Source: Thermomicrobiales bacterium (GTDB taxonomy: Bacteria; Chloroflexota; Chloroflexia; Thermomicrobiales; UBA6265). From it: DNA of 64,000 nt. Positions 10,530-20,015 of this stretch are shown one piece after another. The stretch lies in the NCBI GenBank assembly GCA_049646645.1, contig JBARWF010000129.1, positions 318 through 64,317 on the forward strand, given 5' to 3'. Numbering within the stretch: the stretch's first letter is position 1; each line of letters begins with the position of its first letter. The notes beneath the pieces are model-generated. The model did no database searches, was not told the origin of the DNA, and saw nothing but the letters and a program-made list of their open reading frames with translations. The position numbers were made by a program, and so were the translations under genes.

Positions 10530-10742
10530 GAATACTCCCTTCCGGTGAGTGAAACATACGTCGAATCCCAAGAACGACCGGCGTAGAGCACCGGACTACG
10601 TGATGTGGATGCAATCGCGATGCCACCGTCCCCCAGGACGGAACGGAGGTAGCTTTGCGTCCGGTGTGTGCTATCCGTATCGATCACCAGAGCGACCTGA
10701 CCGTTGTTCTTGTGCTCTATCGGATGGCCTCGATTGTGCTTA

Positions 10743-10758
10743 TAGCCGATATCGACTA
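10743..10758. promoter_or_regulatory. candidate operator palindrome upstream of the padR-MMPL operon
   Basis: TAGCCGATATCGACTA matches the palindrome TAGNCGATATCGNCTA at 14 of 16 positions. It ends 12 nt before the padR start. Confidence 0.35.
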
Positions 10759-10769
10759 ATCGGAGTAGA

Positions 10770-11435
10770 GTGATGCGAAGAGATCTGCAAACACCATTGG
10801 CGATGTCCATCCTGAGCTTTCTGCGGGAGCGCCCCATGCACCCCTACGAAATCAAGCACATGATGCAGGTGCGCCATCACGACCAGGTCATCAAGCTGCG
10901 GGGAGGGTCGCTGTACAGCACGATCGACCGCTTGGAAAAACACGGACTCGTCTCCGTCCTGAAAACGGATCGGGCGGGGAACCGCCCGGAGCGCACCACC
11001 TACGCGCTGACGGAGGCGGGTGAACAGGCGTTACTGGACTGGCTGCGGGACACGGTCGCCCATCCCCAGCCCGACTACTCGCCATTCGGTGCGGTGATCG
11101 CGTTCCTGCCCCACCTCATGCCGGGTGAGGTCGTGGAGCTTCTCCGGTACAGGCTCACCGCACTCCGCCAGCAGGCGGAGGAATCCGACCGGCGGATGGC
11201 CGACGAGTTCTGGTCCGGTCTCCCGCCAATGTTCAAGCTGCACCAGAGCTACGCCGATGCCTTGCGACGCGCGGAGATGGAGTGGATCGCTGCCCAGATC
11301 GCGCATATCGAGGCGGAAGAGCTTGTCTGGCCGGAGGTGATCGTTGAGTGGCACCGGCGCCGCGGCTCGTGGACTGAACCATCCACAAACCCACCGGCTG
11401 ATCGAAACGAACGAGCGGGATTGGAACCATCATGA
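10770..11435 (+). CDS. PadR family transcriptional regulator
   Basis: LAMSILSFLRERPMHPYEIKHMM...GSLYSTIDRLEKHGLV...ERTTYALTEAG is the PadR winged-helix pattern. Confidence 0.85.
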   Translation: MMRRDLQTPLAMSILSFLRERPMHPYEIKHMMQVRHHDQVIKLRGGSLYSTIDRLEKHGLVSVLKTDRAGNRPERTTYALTEAGEQALLDWLRDTVAHPQPDYSPFGAVIAFLPHLMPGEVVELLRYRLTALRQQAEESDRRMADEFWSGLPPMFKLHQSYADALRRAEMEWIAAQIAHIEAEELVWPEVIVEWHRRRGSWTEPSTNPPADRNERAGLEPS

Positions 11436-13579
11436 ACGAGCACGACTCTCCAAACCGGAATCCCCAGTCCCCCGAGCCGGAGGCGGCAACTGGTGCCGGG
11501 TTTCCGCGACGCGCACTGGATGCCGTGGCAAGGTTACCAACGGGGCGCCTCTCGCGGTGGATAGTCATCGTGGGCTGGATCGCCATCATCGCCGGAGCAT
11601 TTCCGCTCGCTTCGAGAGTAAGCGACGTTGAAGACAACGGAGCGCAAGCATTCCTGCCCGTATCATCGGAATCCCTGAAAGTCGCCAACTTGCGCGAGCA
11701 ATTTGACTCCGGAGACTCGTCGATCGCCATCGTGGTCTATCACCGCGCCGATGGCCTGAGCGATCAGGATTCCAAACGCATCGCGGCGGATCAGCAGGCG
11801 ATTTCGCAAGAGCTGAATGGGGTCGAAACCAGCCCGCCAATCCCCTCCGAAGATGGGACAACGACCATCATCAACGTCGTCATTCCCCAGGGCTCATCGA
11901 AGGATCTCACGCAGGAGGTCGAGGAACTGCGCGCTCTGGTCAGGAAGGATCTTCCCGATGGCCTGACCGTCAAGGTAACGGGCCCAGCGGGCATCTCCGT
12001 GGATCTCGGCAAGATCTTCGAGGGGATCAATACGAAGCTGCTCTTGTCCGCCGCAGCGGTGGTCGCCGTGCTGCTTCTGATCACGTATCGCAGCCCCGTG
12101 CTCTGGATCATCCCCCTCGTCACCGTCGGGTTGGCCGACCGTCTCGCCACGGCCCTGATCTATCTCGTCGGCAGAACCTTCGACCTGCCGGTCAGCGGCC
12201 AGAGTGTGGGCATCATGGCGATTCTCGTCTTCGGTGCCGGCACCGACTACGCGTTGCTCCTGATCGCGCGCTATCGCGAAGAGCTTCGGAAGGAAGCGTC
12301 CACCGGTGCGGCGATGCGGATCGCCATTCGCCAGGCGGCCCCGGCGATTGTCGCCTCCGGCGGCACGGTGATGCTCGGGTTGGCCTGCCTGTTCATCGCG
12401 GACCTGAAATCGAACCAGGCACTGGGACCGATCGGGATCGTGGCGATCCTGTCGGCACTTCTGCTCAACCTTACCTTCCTGCCCGCGGTCCTCGTGCTGG
12501 CCGGGCGGCGGGTGTTCTGGCCGTTCGTCCCGCATGTGGATTCCCGTGGCGGGGAGCCGCAGTCGATCTGGGGGCGGATCGGATCGCATATCGAGCGACG
12601 GCCACGGCGGGTCTGGATTCCGATCACGATTGCGCTCATCGTGCTCTCCCTCGGCGTTTCCCGGTATTCCATCAGCTTCGATCTCGCCGACCAGTTCACC
12701 AACGACCCGGAAGCTATCCAGGGAGCAGCCCTGATCGCTGACAGCTTCCCCGCGGGCGCCAGCTCACCAACGACGGTCATCGCCTCGGCATCGGGCGCTG
12801 AAGCGGTCGAGGCGACGCTCAAGAGACTGCCGGGGGTGGCGTCGGTGCAGCCGAGCGGAAAGACGTCAGATCTCGTCTCGTACGCCGTTATTCTTGAGGC
12901 GCAACCAGGCACTCACGCGGCATTCGATACGATCCGGGACATGCGCGCACAGCTGCACGCCTTGCCAGATGCGAACGCGCCCGTGGGCGGTCCTGATGCC
13001 GAGAATTACGACACCGAACGCGCAGGGATCCGGGATCAGGAGGTGGTCATCCCGCTGGTTCTGGTCGTGATCCTGGTGATCCTCTCGGCACTGTTGCGAT
13101 CCCTGCTCGCACCGCTCCTGTTGCTGTTGACGAGCGTGCTCTCGACCACCGCCGCCCTCGGCGTGACCGTCGTGGTCTTTACGTCGGTTCTCGGCTACTC
13201 CGGAATGCAATCCGGCGTCCTGCTGATCGGATTCGTCTTCCTGATCGCGCTCGGAGTCGACTACAACATCTTCCTCATGAGTCGCGTGCACGAGGAAAGC
13301 CCCAAGATCGGCACCCGCCAGGGCATGCTGCGCGCACTTGCAGTCACCGGAGGAGTGATCACGTCGGCGGGCATCGTCCTCGCGGCGACGTTTGCGGTCC
13401 TCGGCATCCTGCCCTTCGTCGCACTGGCGCAGGTCGGGTTCCTGGTCGCCTTCGGTGTGCTCCTCGATACCCTGGTCGTGCGGTCGCTGCTCGTACCGGC
13501 CCTGACCATGGATCTGGGCCGGGTCATCTGGCGGCCCAGCGCGCTGGCGAAACACGATGGCGCATCGGACGAGCCGTGA
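11432..13579 (+). CDS. MMPL family (RND superfamily) transporter
   Basis: 715 aa with two 6-TM bundles carrying GTDYALLLIARYREEL and GVDYNIFLMSRVHEE motifs. Its ATG overlaps the padR stop. Confidence 0.85.
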   Translation: MNEHDSPNRNPQSPEPEAATGAGFPRRALDAVARLPTGRLSRWIVIVGWIAIIAGAFPLASRVSDVEDNGAQAFLPVSSESLKVANLREQFDSGDSSIAIVVYHRADGLSDQDSKRIAADQQAISQELNGVETSPPIPSEDGTTTIINVVIPQGSSKDLTQEVEELRALVRKDLPDGLTVKVTGPAGISVDLGKIFEGINTKLLLSAAAVVAVLLLITYRSPVLWIIPLVTVGLADRLATALIYLVGRTFDLPVSGQSVGIMAILVFGAGTDYALLLIARYREELRKEASTGAAMRIAIRQAAPAIVASGGTVMLGLACLFIADLKSNQALGPIGIVAILSALLLNLTFLPAVLVLAGRRVFWPFVPHVDSRGGEPQSIWGRIGSHIERRPRRVWIPITIALIVLSLGVSRYSISFDLADQFTNDPEAIQGAALIADSFPAGASSPTTVIASASGAEAVEATLKRLPGVASVQPSGKTSDLVSYAVILEAQPGTHAAFDTIRDMRAQLHALPDANAPVGGPDAENYDTERAGIRDQEVVIPLVLVVILVILSALLRSLLAPLLLLLTSVLSTTAALGVTVVVFTSVLGYSGMQSGVLLIGFVFLIALGVDYNIFLMSRVHEESPKIGTRQGMLRALAVTGGVITSAGIVLAATFAVLGILPFVALAQVGFLVAFGVLLDTLVVRSLLVPALTMDLGRVIWRPSALAKHDGASDEP

Positions 13580-13588
13580 GGTGCGGCG

Positions 13589-14530
13589 TCAGTTGCGACG
13601 GCTTGGTACTACGGCCGGCACGATATCCATGACTTCCGATGCCGCCGCCGCGGGGTGACTCGCCACAACCGGAATGACCCCGAGCGAGCGCACCCGTTCG
13701 CTCTCGCCGGCGATGCCAGCGCCGCCGACAAGGATCGCAGGCGGGGCATCCTCGACCGCAAGTGAACCAAGCATCTCGATCGCGGTCTCGATGGCTCTCA
13801 GGCGCGCCGGCATGGACGCGGAAAGCAGAACGGCATCCGGTCGATGCAGGCGTATCGATTCAACCAGGAACTGGGGCGCGACATCGGCACCCAGGAAGCG
13901 AACGTCGTACTCACGGGCCCGCAGAATGCCGCAGACCATGCGCAAGCCAAGCTCGTGACGCTCTCCTTCGACGCACGCTGCAACCAGCAGCGGCCCGGTC
14001 GCGGTACCCGCCGAGCGCAGCGTCAGCTCCACGATCACCTCGCGCATCAACTCGGAGATCTCTTTTTCCTGAGCCACCAGGAGGTCGCCGGTCTGCCAAC
14101 GGTTGCCGACCTCGATCAGGATCCGCTGAATAACGTCTCCAAAGAGAACCTCCAGCGACAGCCCGACGCTCGCGGCGGACAGGAGCGTTTGTCGGGCCGC
14201 ATCGAGGTCACCCCCCACGAGCCTCTGCAGGGATTCCTCCGCAAGCAACGATGGCACTGGCAAGCGATCCAGCTCCTGCAATCGCTCCCTGATCTCGCGC
14301 AGCGAGAGGCGTTGCTCCTGCCAACGCTTGATCGTTCGCACGCGGCCGACATCCTCAGGCGAATAGAGCCGATGACCGCCTGCAGTCCGCGTTGCGTTCA
14401 GCAACCCCTCTCGCTCCAGAAAGCGCAGGCTGGAGTGACTGACATCGGGGTACGTCCGCTGAATCTCGGCAACGACCTGCCCAATAGAGCGATAGCCCTG
14501 TGTCTGGGCTGGCTTCCTGTCCCCTTCCAT
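13589..14530 (-). CDS. MerR-family regulator with a cobalamin-binding domain (CarH/LitR-like)
   Basis: N-terminal MerR HTH (SSLRFLEREGLL...GGHRLYSPEDV), a helical B12-binding_2-like bundle (GNRWQTGDLLVAQEKEIS), and a Rossmann B12 domain with ERHELG, LLSASM and VGGAG. Confidence 0.8.
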   Translation of the reverse strand: MEGDRKPAQTQGYRSIGQVVAEIQRTYPDVSHSSLRFLEREGLLNATRTAGGHRLYSPEDVGRVRTIKRWQEQRLSLREIRERLQELDRLPVPSLLAEESLQRLVGGDLDAARQTLLSAASVGLSLEVLFGDVIQRILIEVGNRWQTGDLLVAQEKEISELMREVIVELTLRSAGTATGPLLVAACVEGERHELGLRMVCGILRAREYDVRFLGADVAPQFLVESIRLHRPDAVLLSASMPARLRAIETAIEMLGSLAVEDAPPAILVGGAGIAGESERVRSLGVIPVVASHPAAAASEVMDIVPAVVPSRRN

Positions 14531-14634
14531 TCTTCGCTACTCTCCTCCCCTCTCATGCCGCCACCGAAGGATATACGCCGGTCCCCGAGGATGCGCACGG
14601 CATCCGCTCAAGATCCGCTACCGGGCTGTCGCCG

Positions 14635-14670
14635 TTGACATATCTATACTTATAGTATAGGTTTATATTC
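14635..14670. promoter_or_regulatory. divergent promoter/operator region between the carH-like gene and the carotenoid operon
   Basis: This is the only AT-rich stretch in the region: TTGACA (14635-14640), palindrome CTATAC-TTATA-GTATAG (14644-14660), and a TATACT -10 on the minus strand (14659-14654). Confidence 0.5.
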
Positions 14671-14754
14671 ATGAAGGCTCAATGGCCGTGGTGGGCAGCG
14701 GCATTGCGCGTGTCAACCACGATCGAGAGGCTGAGTCGCTAAAGGAGATCGCCG

Positions 14755-16212
14755 ATGCCCCCAACCAGGCTCACGTTCCACTCCGCCCTCCCTGCTTCGG
14801 CGGACTCGGTGCTGCGCTGGCATTCCAGACCCGGTGCGTTCGAGCGCCTCACACCACCGTGGGCAAACGTGCGCGTCCTGGCATCGCGCGGCGGGATCGA
14901 GCCCGGAGCCAGCAAGTCGCTGAGGATCGGTCTCGGCCCTGTCGGCCTGCGCTGGACACTCGAGCACGAGGCGCTTGAACGCGGTGAGGGATTCGCTGAC
15001 GAACAGCTTCAGGGACCGTTTCAAGCCTGGCGACACGAGCACCGATTCATGACCATCAGCAATCGTTCCTCGATGCTTGAGGATCGACTCACCTACCGCC
15101 TCCCGTTCGGGCCGGTAGGCAAGATGGTCGCGGGTCGCTTCGTGCACCAGCGGCTCGACGAGCTCTTCCGGTTCCGCCACGATCAGACTCGCCACGATAT
15201 CGCCTGCCACGCACGCAGTGCGGATCGCATGCCGAAGCGAGTCGCGATCACCGGGACGTCCGGTCTGGTCGGCGGTCACCTTCGACAGTTCCTGCTAGCA
15301 GGGGGAGCGGAGGTGTATTCGCTCGTGCGGCACGAGCCCAGGGACGAGTTCGATATTGCCTGGGATCCGGCCAAGGGAGAGATCGACCGGGCGAAGCTGG
15401 AAGGGATGGATGCGGTGGTCCATCTCGCTGGCACCTCGATCGCCGGTGGCCGGTGGACCGAGCAACGCAAGCGGTCTATCCTCGAGAGTCGGGTCAATGG
15501 CACCTCACTTCTGTCGAAGACGCTGGCGGGACTCTCTCGTCCGCCGCGCGTCCTGGTCTCGGCCTCCGCAATCGGGTTTTACGGCAACGGGGGCGATACA
15601 AGACTGGATGAAGCGGCTCCCCGAGGCGATGGGTTTCTGGCCGGCGTCTGCGAGGCATGGGAGAGTGCCGCACGCCCCGCTCAGAATGCTGACATTCGCG
15701 TCGTCAATCCGCGCTTCGGCATCGTCATCTCCGGAGCAGGTGGCATGTTGCCGCTCGTCTCGCTGCCGGTGCGGCTGGGCGGGGGCGGAACGCTCGGCGA
15801 CGGCGCGCAGAAGATGAGCTGGATCGCGCTCGACGACCTGCTCGGCATTCTCCTGGAATGCATAGTCAACGAGGAACTGAACGGGCCGATCAACGCGGTC
15901 GCACCGGAAACGGTCTCCAACCTGGAGTTTACGAAAACCCTGGCCCATATCCTGCATCGCCCATCATTCTTCGCGGTTCCGAAGCCCGCGCTCCGGCTCA
16001 TCGCAGGTCAGCTTGCCGATGAGCTCCTGCTCTTCAGCCAGGCAGCGGTGCCGGCGAAGCTTCAAGGACAGGGATTCCGCTTCTCCTTTCCGTCGATGGA
16101 GTCGGCACTACGCCATGAACTGGGTCACTACGACGGACAAGGCGGGGTGGACTTCACCAGCACCGGTCAGCGCGACGAACGGGGCGGACGCGCCGAAACG
16201 AGCACACCATGA
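14755..16212 (+). CDS. SRPBCC domain fused to a TIGR01777 (YfcH-like) NAD-dependent epimerase family protein
   Basis: The N-terminal ~150 aa form an SRPBCC-like module (WRHEHRF). This is followed by ITGTSGLVGGHL, a Rossmann fold and a DUF1731-like C-terminus. Confidence 0.7.
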   Translation: MPPTRLTFHSALPASADSVLRWHSRPGAFERLTPPWANVRVLASRGGIEPGASKSLRIGLGPVGLRWTLEHEALERGEGFADEQLQGPFQAWRHEHRFMTISNRSSMLEDRLTYRLPFGPVGKMVAGRFVHQRLDELFRFRHDQTRHDIACHARSADRMPKRVAITGTSGLVGGHLRQFLLAGGAEVYSLVRHEPRDEFDIAWDPAKGEIDRAKLEGMDAVVHLAGTSIAGGRWTEQRKRSILESRVNGTSLLSKTLAGLSRPPRVLVSASAIGFYGNGGDTRLDEAAPRGDGFLAGVCEAWESAARPAQNADIRVVNPRFGIVISGAGGMLPLVSLPVRLGGGGTLGDGAQKMSWIALDDLLGILLECIVNEELNGPINAVAPETVSNLEFTKTLAHILHRPSFFAVPKPALRLIAGQLADELLLFSQAAVPAKLQGQGFRFSFPSMESALRHELGHYDGQGGVDFTSTGQRDERGGRAETSTP

Positions 16213-17198
16213 GTGGCGACGCGGCGTCCAGCGGAGTTGACCGAAGGGACCTGGGGAACATGGAGCCAGATTGGCAACGCTGCGACGATATCGCCCGTCA
16301 TCATGGCCGCACGTTCTACTTCGCGAGCCGATGCCTGCCTCGTGCCCAGCGCCAGGCCGTCGTGGCAACATACGCCTACTGCCGGATTGCCGACGACATC
16401 GTCGATAACGCCGATGGATTCGGACGTCATGCCGCACTACGCGACCTTGATGCCTGGGAGAACGAAATCGCGAACCCAACGCATCCTGTCGGGAAGGCGT
16501 TTGCCGTCGCCCGCGACCGCTTTCACATTCCAGAGCAGCCTGTCCATGACCTGATTACCGGAGTGCGCATGGATCTGGCGACCAGCCGCTATGGCAACTG
16601 GGAGGAGCTCCGGTCGTATTGCTATCACGTCGCGGGAACGGTCGGCCTGATGGTCGCTCCCATTCTCGGCTGCCAATCGGATGCAGCGCTTACCCACGCC
16701 GCTGACCTCGGCATCGCCATGCAACTCACCAATATCCTGCGCGATGTCGGAGAAGACGCCCGGCACGACCGGCTCTACCTGCCACTGGACGAGATCGCAG
16801 CGTTTGGCTGTACCGAGAACGCGATCCTCGCGGGCGCGCCAGAATCCGGATTTGTGTCGCTGATGGAGTTCCAGATCGAGCGAGCACGCAGCCTGTATGC
16901 AGGTGCGCACCGCGGCATCCCCGCACTCGACGTCTACGGCCGATTCACGACCCTGGTCGCTAGCGATCTCTATGCGCGCATTCTGTCCGAGATCGAAGCC
17001 AATCAGTACGATGTCTTCGAACGCAGGGCACACTGCTCCACGAAAAAGAAGATCCTGGCCATCCCGAGGATCTCTGCCCGGTTCATGCGAACCTCGCTCT
17101 ACCCGCCGCCGACTGAGTTCGTGCCGCTCGCTCCACAGTCAGGAGGACGCGGAGCGCGGCATGCCACGCCCTCGCACGAACGGCGCACCTATGGATAG
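16209..17198 (+). CDS. crtB: phytoene synthase
   Basis: RTFYFASRCLP, YCRIADDIVD and ILRDVGEDARHDRLYLP are the two Asp-rich squalene/phytoene synthase motifs. ATGA overlap with the upstream gene. Confidence 0.85.
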   Translation: MSGDAASSGVDRRDLGNMEPDWQRCDDIARHHGRTFYFASRCLPRAQRQAVVATYAYCRIADDIVDNADGFGRHAALRDLDAWENEIANPTHPVGKAFAVARDRFHIPEQPVHDLITGVRMDLATSRYGNWEELRSYCYHVAGTVGLMVAPILGCQSDAALTHAADLGIAMQLTNILRDVGEDARHDRLYLPLDEIAAFGCTENAILAGAPESGFVSLMEFQIERARSLYAGAHRGIPALDVYGRFTTLVASDLYARILSEIEANQYDVFERRAHCSTKKKILAIPRISARFMRTSLYPPPTEFVPLAPQSGGRGARHATPSHERRTYG

Positions 17199-17229
17199 GC
17201 AAGGGTGCCAGGACATGAATCAGTCGATC

Positions 17230-18735
17230 CTAGGTTCCCGCTTCGGCTGCCTCAATCAGGTCGTCCGCGATCTTCGCCGAGCTCAATACGCCGGGCAAGC
17301 CTGCTCCGGGATGCGTCCCCGCTCCGACGAAATAGAGGTTGTCGACCTCTTCCGAGCGATTATGCGGACGAAACCACGCCGATTGCGTGAGAATCGGCTC
17401 TACCGAGAACGCCGAGCCAAGGTAGCTCCGGAGCTCACCTTCGAAGTGGCGGGGATCGATCATATGCTCGCTCACGATGTGCGAGGACAGGTCCGGCAAG
17501 AACCGCTCTTCCAGCAGCTGGATGATCCGGTCGCGATACGGCTGGGCAGCGCGAGCCCAGTCGATCGCTCCGCCGAGATGAGGCACCGGTGCAAGGACGT
17601 AGAAGGCGTCCCCGGTAGGCGGCGCAAGCGAAGGATCGGTGACCGTGGGCATGTGCAGGTAGAGCGAGAAGTCCTCAGCAAGCGTCTTGCGCTGGAAGAT
17701 GTCCGTGAGCAGTTCCTTGTAGCGCGGCCCCAGGATGATGTTGTGATGCTTCAGACGATTGCCGGACAGATCGCGGTAGCGACGGTCCGTGCCGAAGTAG
17801 ATCACCACCAGCGACATCGAATAGCGCATCCTGGCGAGGCGACGATCGGTATACTTCCGGCGACTGGCTGCTGGCAGCAGACGATGATAGGCGCCAGCTA
17901 CATCGGCATTGCAGACGACGATATCGGCATCCAGCTCCTCGCCGCTGGTCAGGCGCACGCCGGTGGCGCGCCTGCCGTTCAGCAGAATCTCGCCAACGTC
18001 GGCGTTCAGGCGGAGGGTGCCACCGAGCTCGGCGAAGAGCCGGACAAGCGCATCGATGATCGAGCCGGTTCCGCCCATCGCGAACCAGACGCCCCACTCT
18101 CGCTCAAGGTGGTGAATCAGCGTGTAGATACTGGTCGTCTGGAAGGGGTTGCCGCCAACCAGCAGCGGGTGGAACGAGAGCACCTGTCGCAGGCGTTCGT
18201 CTCTCACGAACCGGGAGACAAACCCGTAGACGGTACGATAGCTCTCCAGCCGGACCAGATCGGGCGCCACCTTGAGCATGTCGGTCAGGTTGAGGAAGGG
18301 CGTCGTCGCAAGATCGGTAAAGCCCTTTGCGAAGATGCGTTCGGTCCTGGCAACGAAGCGCGCATAGCCCGCGACATCTTCCGGATAGGCGCTGAACACG
18401 GCGATCGCCGCGTTCATCTCGCCGCGATCGCCGGTGTAATCGAAATGCTCGCCATCCGGAAAGAAGATGCGATAGAACGGATCGACCGGCACCAGCGAGA
18501 TGTAGTCCGCCGGATCGCGCCCCGCCAGCTCGAACAGTTCGGAGATCATCCAGGGAGCCGTGATCACCGTTGGTCCGCCATCGAACGTGAACCCGTCCTG
18601 CCGGTAGACATAGGCACGGCCCCCCGGTTGATCCCGGCGCTCGACAAGCGTCACCTGGTGTCCGCGAGCTGTCAGTCTCACGGCCGCCGCCAGCCCTCCG
18701 AATCCGCTGCCGATCACGACAATTCGCTGTGGCAT
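17230..18735 (-). CDS. crtI: phytoene desaturase
   Basis: Start set at MPQRIVVIGSGFGGLAAAVRL (ATG 18735). Contains GGRAYVYRQDGFTFDGGPTVIT and C-terminal LYFVGAGTHPGAGLPGV. Confidence 0.85.
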   Translation of the reverse strand: MPQRIVVIGSGFGGLAAAVRLTARGHQVTLVERRDQPGGRAYVYRQDGFTFDGGPTVITAPWMISELFELAGRDPADYISLVPVDPFYRIFFPDGEHFDYTGDRGEMNAAIAVFSAYPEDVAGYARFVARTERIFAKGFTDLATTPFLNLTDMLKVAPDLVRLESYRTVYGFVSRFVRDERLRQVLSFHPLLVGGNPFQTTSIYTLIHHLEREWGVWFAMGGTGSIIDALVRLFAELGGTLRLNADVGEILLNGRRATGVRLTSGEELDADIVVCNADVAGAYHRLLPAASRRKYTDRRLARMRYSMSLVVIYFGTDRRYRDLSGNRLKHHNIILGPRYKELLTDIFQRKTLAEDFSLYLHMPTVTDPSLAPPTGDAFYVLAPVPHLGGAIDWARAAQPYRDRIIQLLEERFLPDLSSHIVSEHMIDPRHFEGELRSYLGSAFSVEPILTQSAWFRPHNRSEEVDNLYFVGAGTHPGAGLPGVLSSAKIADDLIEAAEAGT

Positions 18736-18851
18736 ATCGCTCTCCGTCCTCGTGTCGCTGACGCACCGGCAGCAGGGCGCAGGTTCACCGGGCGCTGCGC
18801 TGGATCGATGATCGCACACATGCGGGTACAGGCCGATCAGGGAGCCCGATC

Positions 18852-20015
18852 GTGAGCGCCCGCCGAACGGGTCAAGCCTTCGCACTCGCGTTCGCCCTGG
18901 CTCAAGGTGCGCTGGCCGGGCGGGTCTTCCTCCGGATGGCAAGAAGCGCAGGCGGGAACCGTGTCCGTCGCGTTGAGCCCGATGGTGCTACAGAAGGCCC
19001 GGTTTCCCTCCTCATCCCCGTGCTGAACGAAATCGACCGCCTGGCGTCGTGCCTGGAAGGAGCGATCGCGCAGGACTCCGCCATAACCGAGATTCTGGTG
19101 GTCGACGGCGGCTCGACTGATGGAACCCAGCGACTTGTGGAACGTTTCGCCACGCAGGACCCTCGCATTCGCCTGATCGATGCAGCGCCCGTGCCCGCCG
19201 GCATCAACGGCAAGGCCTTTGGCCTGGAAACCGGACTTCGCCGCAGTGATTCCCGGTCACGGTGGGTACTCACCCTGGATGCCGACGTGACCCCGCACCC
19301 GGACCTGGCGCGTTCACTCGTCGCGCACGCCGGGAACGAGGGCGTATGCGCACTCAGCATCGCCACCCGCCAGCGGCTCTCGGGCGCGGCCGAGGGACCC
19401 CTGCATCCGGCGATGCTGACCACCCTGGTCTACCGCTTTGGAATCCCTGGGCACGCCACCGACCGCCTCGCGGACGTCCAGGCAAACGGACAGTGCATGC
19501 TCATCGACCGCGAGGCGCTCGATGCCGTCGGCGGCTTTGAAACCGTGCTGAGCTCGATCAACGAAGATGTCACCCTCGCCCGCGCCATCGCGGCAAGTGG
19601 GCGGCCGGTCGGCTTCTACGAGAGCGATGATCTTGTCTCCGTGCAGATGTATGCCGGTTGGCGGGATGCCTGGCGCAACTGGACGCGCTCCCTGCCGATG
19701 CGAGATCGCTACGTCGGCCGCCAATCAGATCTGGGGCTGGCCGAGATCCTCTGCGTTCAGGCGCTTCCGCCCTGGATTGCAGTCGCGGCATGGCGCTTCC
19801 TCGGTCAGCGACACCCGTTGACGCTGCTCAATCTTGGTCTGTCTTTGGCGAGGATCGGGGTGCTCCAGGGTACCGCCCGCGCCTATAGCCATCGACCGTG
19901 GACCTACTGGCTCTCGCCGCTCGCCGACGTACCCGTCGCCCTCAAGCTCATCGTTATGTCCCGCCAGAGGCGACATCACTGGCGTGGCCGAACCATCATG
20001 ACGGGAGGAACCTGA
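18852..20015 (+). CDS. family 2 glycosyltransferase (carotenoid glycosyltransferase CruC-like by context)
   Basis: VSLLIPVLNE, VVDGGSTDGT and LTLDADV (DxD). GTG start with GGGAG 8 nt upstream; the start is uncertain. Confidence 0.7.
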   Translation: MSARRTGQAFALAFALAQGALAGRVFLRMARSAGGNRVRRVEPDGATEGPVSLLIPVLNEIDRLASCLEGAIAQDSAITEILVVDGGSTDGTQRLVERFATQDPRIRLIDAAPVPAGINGKAFGLETGLRRSDSRSRWVLTLDADVTPHPDLARSLVAHAGNEGVCALSIATRQRLSGAAEGPLHPAMLTTLVYRFGIPGHATDRLADVQANGQCMLIDREALDAVGGFETVLSSINEDVTLARAIAASGRPVGFYESDDLVSVQMYAGWRDAWRNWTRSLPMRDRYVGRQSDLGLAEILCVQALPPWIAVAAWRFLGQRHPLTLLNLGLSLARIGVLQGTARAYSHRPWTYWLSPLADVPVALKLIVMSRQRRHHWRGRTIMTGGT

